Assembly (NCBI GenBank): GCA_951406725.2
Contig: OX597815.1
Location: 26,970,001-27,034,000 of the forward strand
Length of the DNA stretch: 64,000 bases
Source of the DNA: Octopus vulgaris
Lineage: Eukaryota
Direction: 5' to 3'
This document shows positions 63,845 to 64,000 of the stretch, piece by piece. The notes beneath the pieces were generated by a model. The model was given only the letters and a program-made list of their open reading frames with translations. It searched no databases and was not told the DNA's origin. The position numbers were made by a program, and so were the translations under genes. Positions within the stretch are counted from its first letter, which is position 1; every line of letters begins with the position of its first letter.

Positions 63845-64000
63845 CTTTTATTGTTTATCTTTAATTAGTTCAGTCATTAGACTGTAGCCATGTTGGGGCA
63901 CTGCCTTGAAGGGTTTTGATGTACAAATCAACTCCAGTACTTGTTTTTCGTTTTTTGGGGTTTTTCTTAAGCCTAGTACTTATTCCATCAGTCTCTTTTT
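63845..64000 (-). mobile_element. Family-B SINE 3' part (cut by window end)
   Basis: CAGTCATT.GACTG..GCCATG, AAGCCTAGTACTTATTC. Confidence 0.75.

Overview
Eukaryotic, AT-rich, extremely repeat-dense non-coding DNA. It is most likely intronic or intergenic octopus/coleoid cephalopod sequence, inferred from the SINE/RTE repeat landscape and microsatellite load. No complete host gene is visible, and most ORFs in the track are microsatellite artefacts. Retroelements: a young 5'-truncated Penelope-like element (RT + GIY-YIG) with ~150-bp inverted repeats carrying a U3-A8 variant minimal hammerhead ribozyme; several RTE-clade LINEs (one family with a PHD-type finger inside the RT, others ending in C2H2 fingers); Dong/R4-like REL-endonuclease LINE relics; a CR1 3' end; at least three tRNA-derived SINE families. 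DNA elements: two decayed Tc1/mariner elements; pogo/Tc2-like, hAT and piggyBac-like non-autonomous elements; a non-autonomous Helitron. Many of these are nested, with readable TSDs. Not explained by TEs: two further orphan hammerhead motifs, a GC-rich 240-nt AG..GT-bounded segment (39741-39980) that folds into a long rod with two UAG triplets paired to each other, a 57-nt candidate minus-strand exon, and other hairpins. All calls are by eye; no searches or folding were run.
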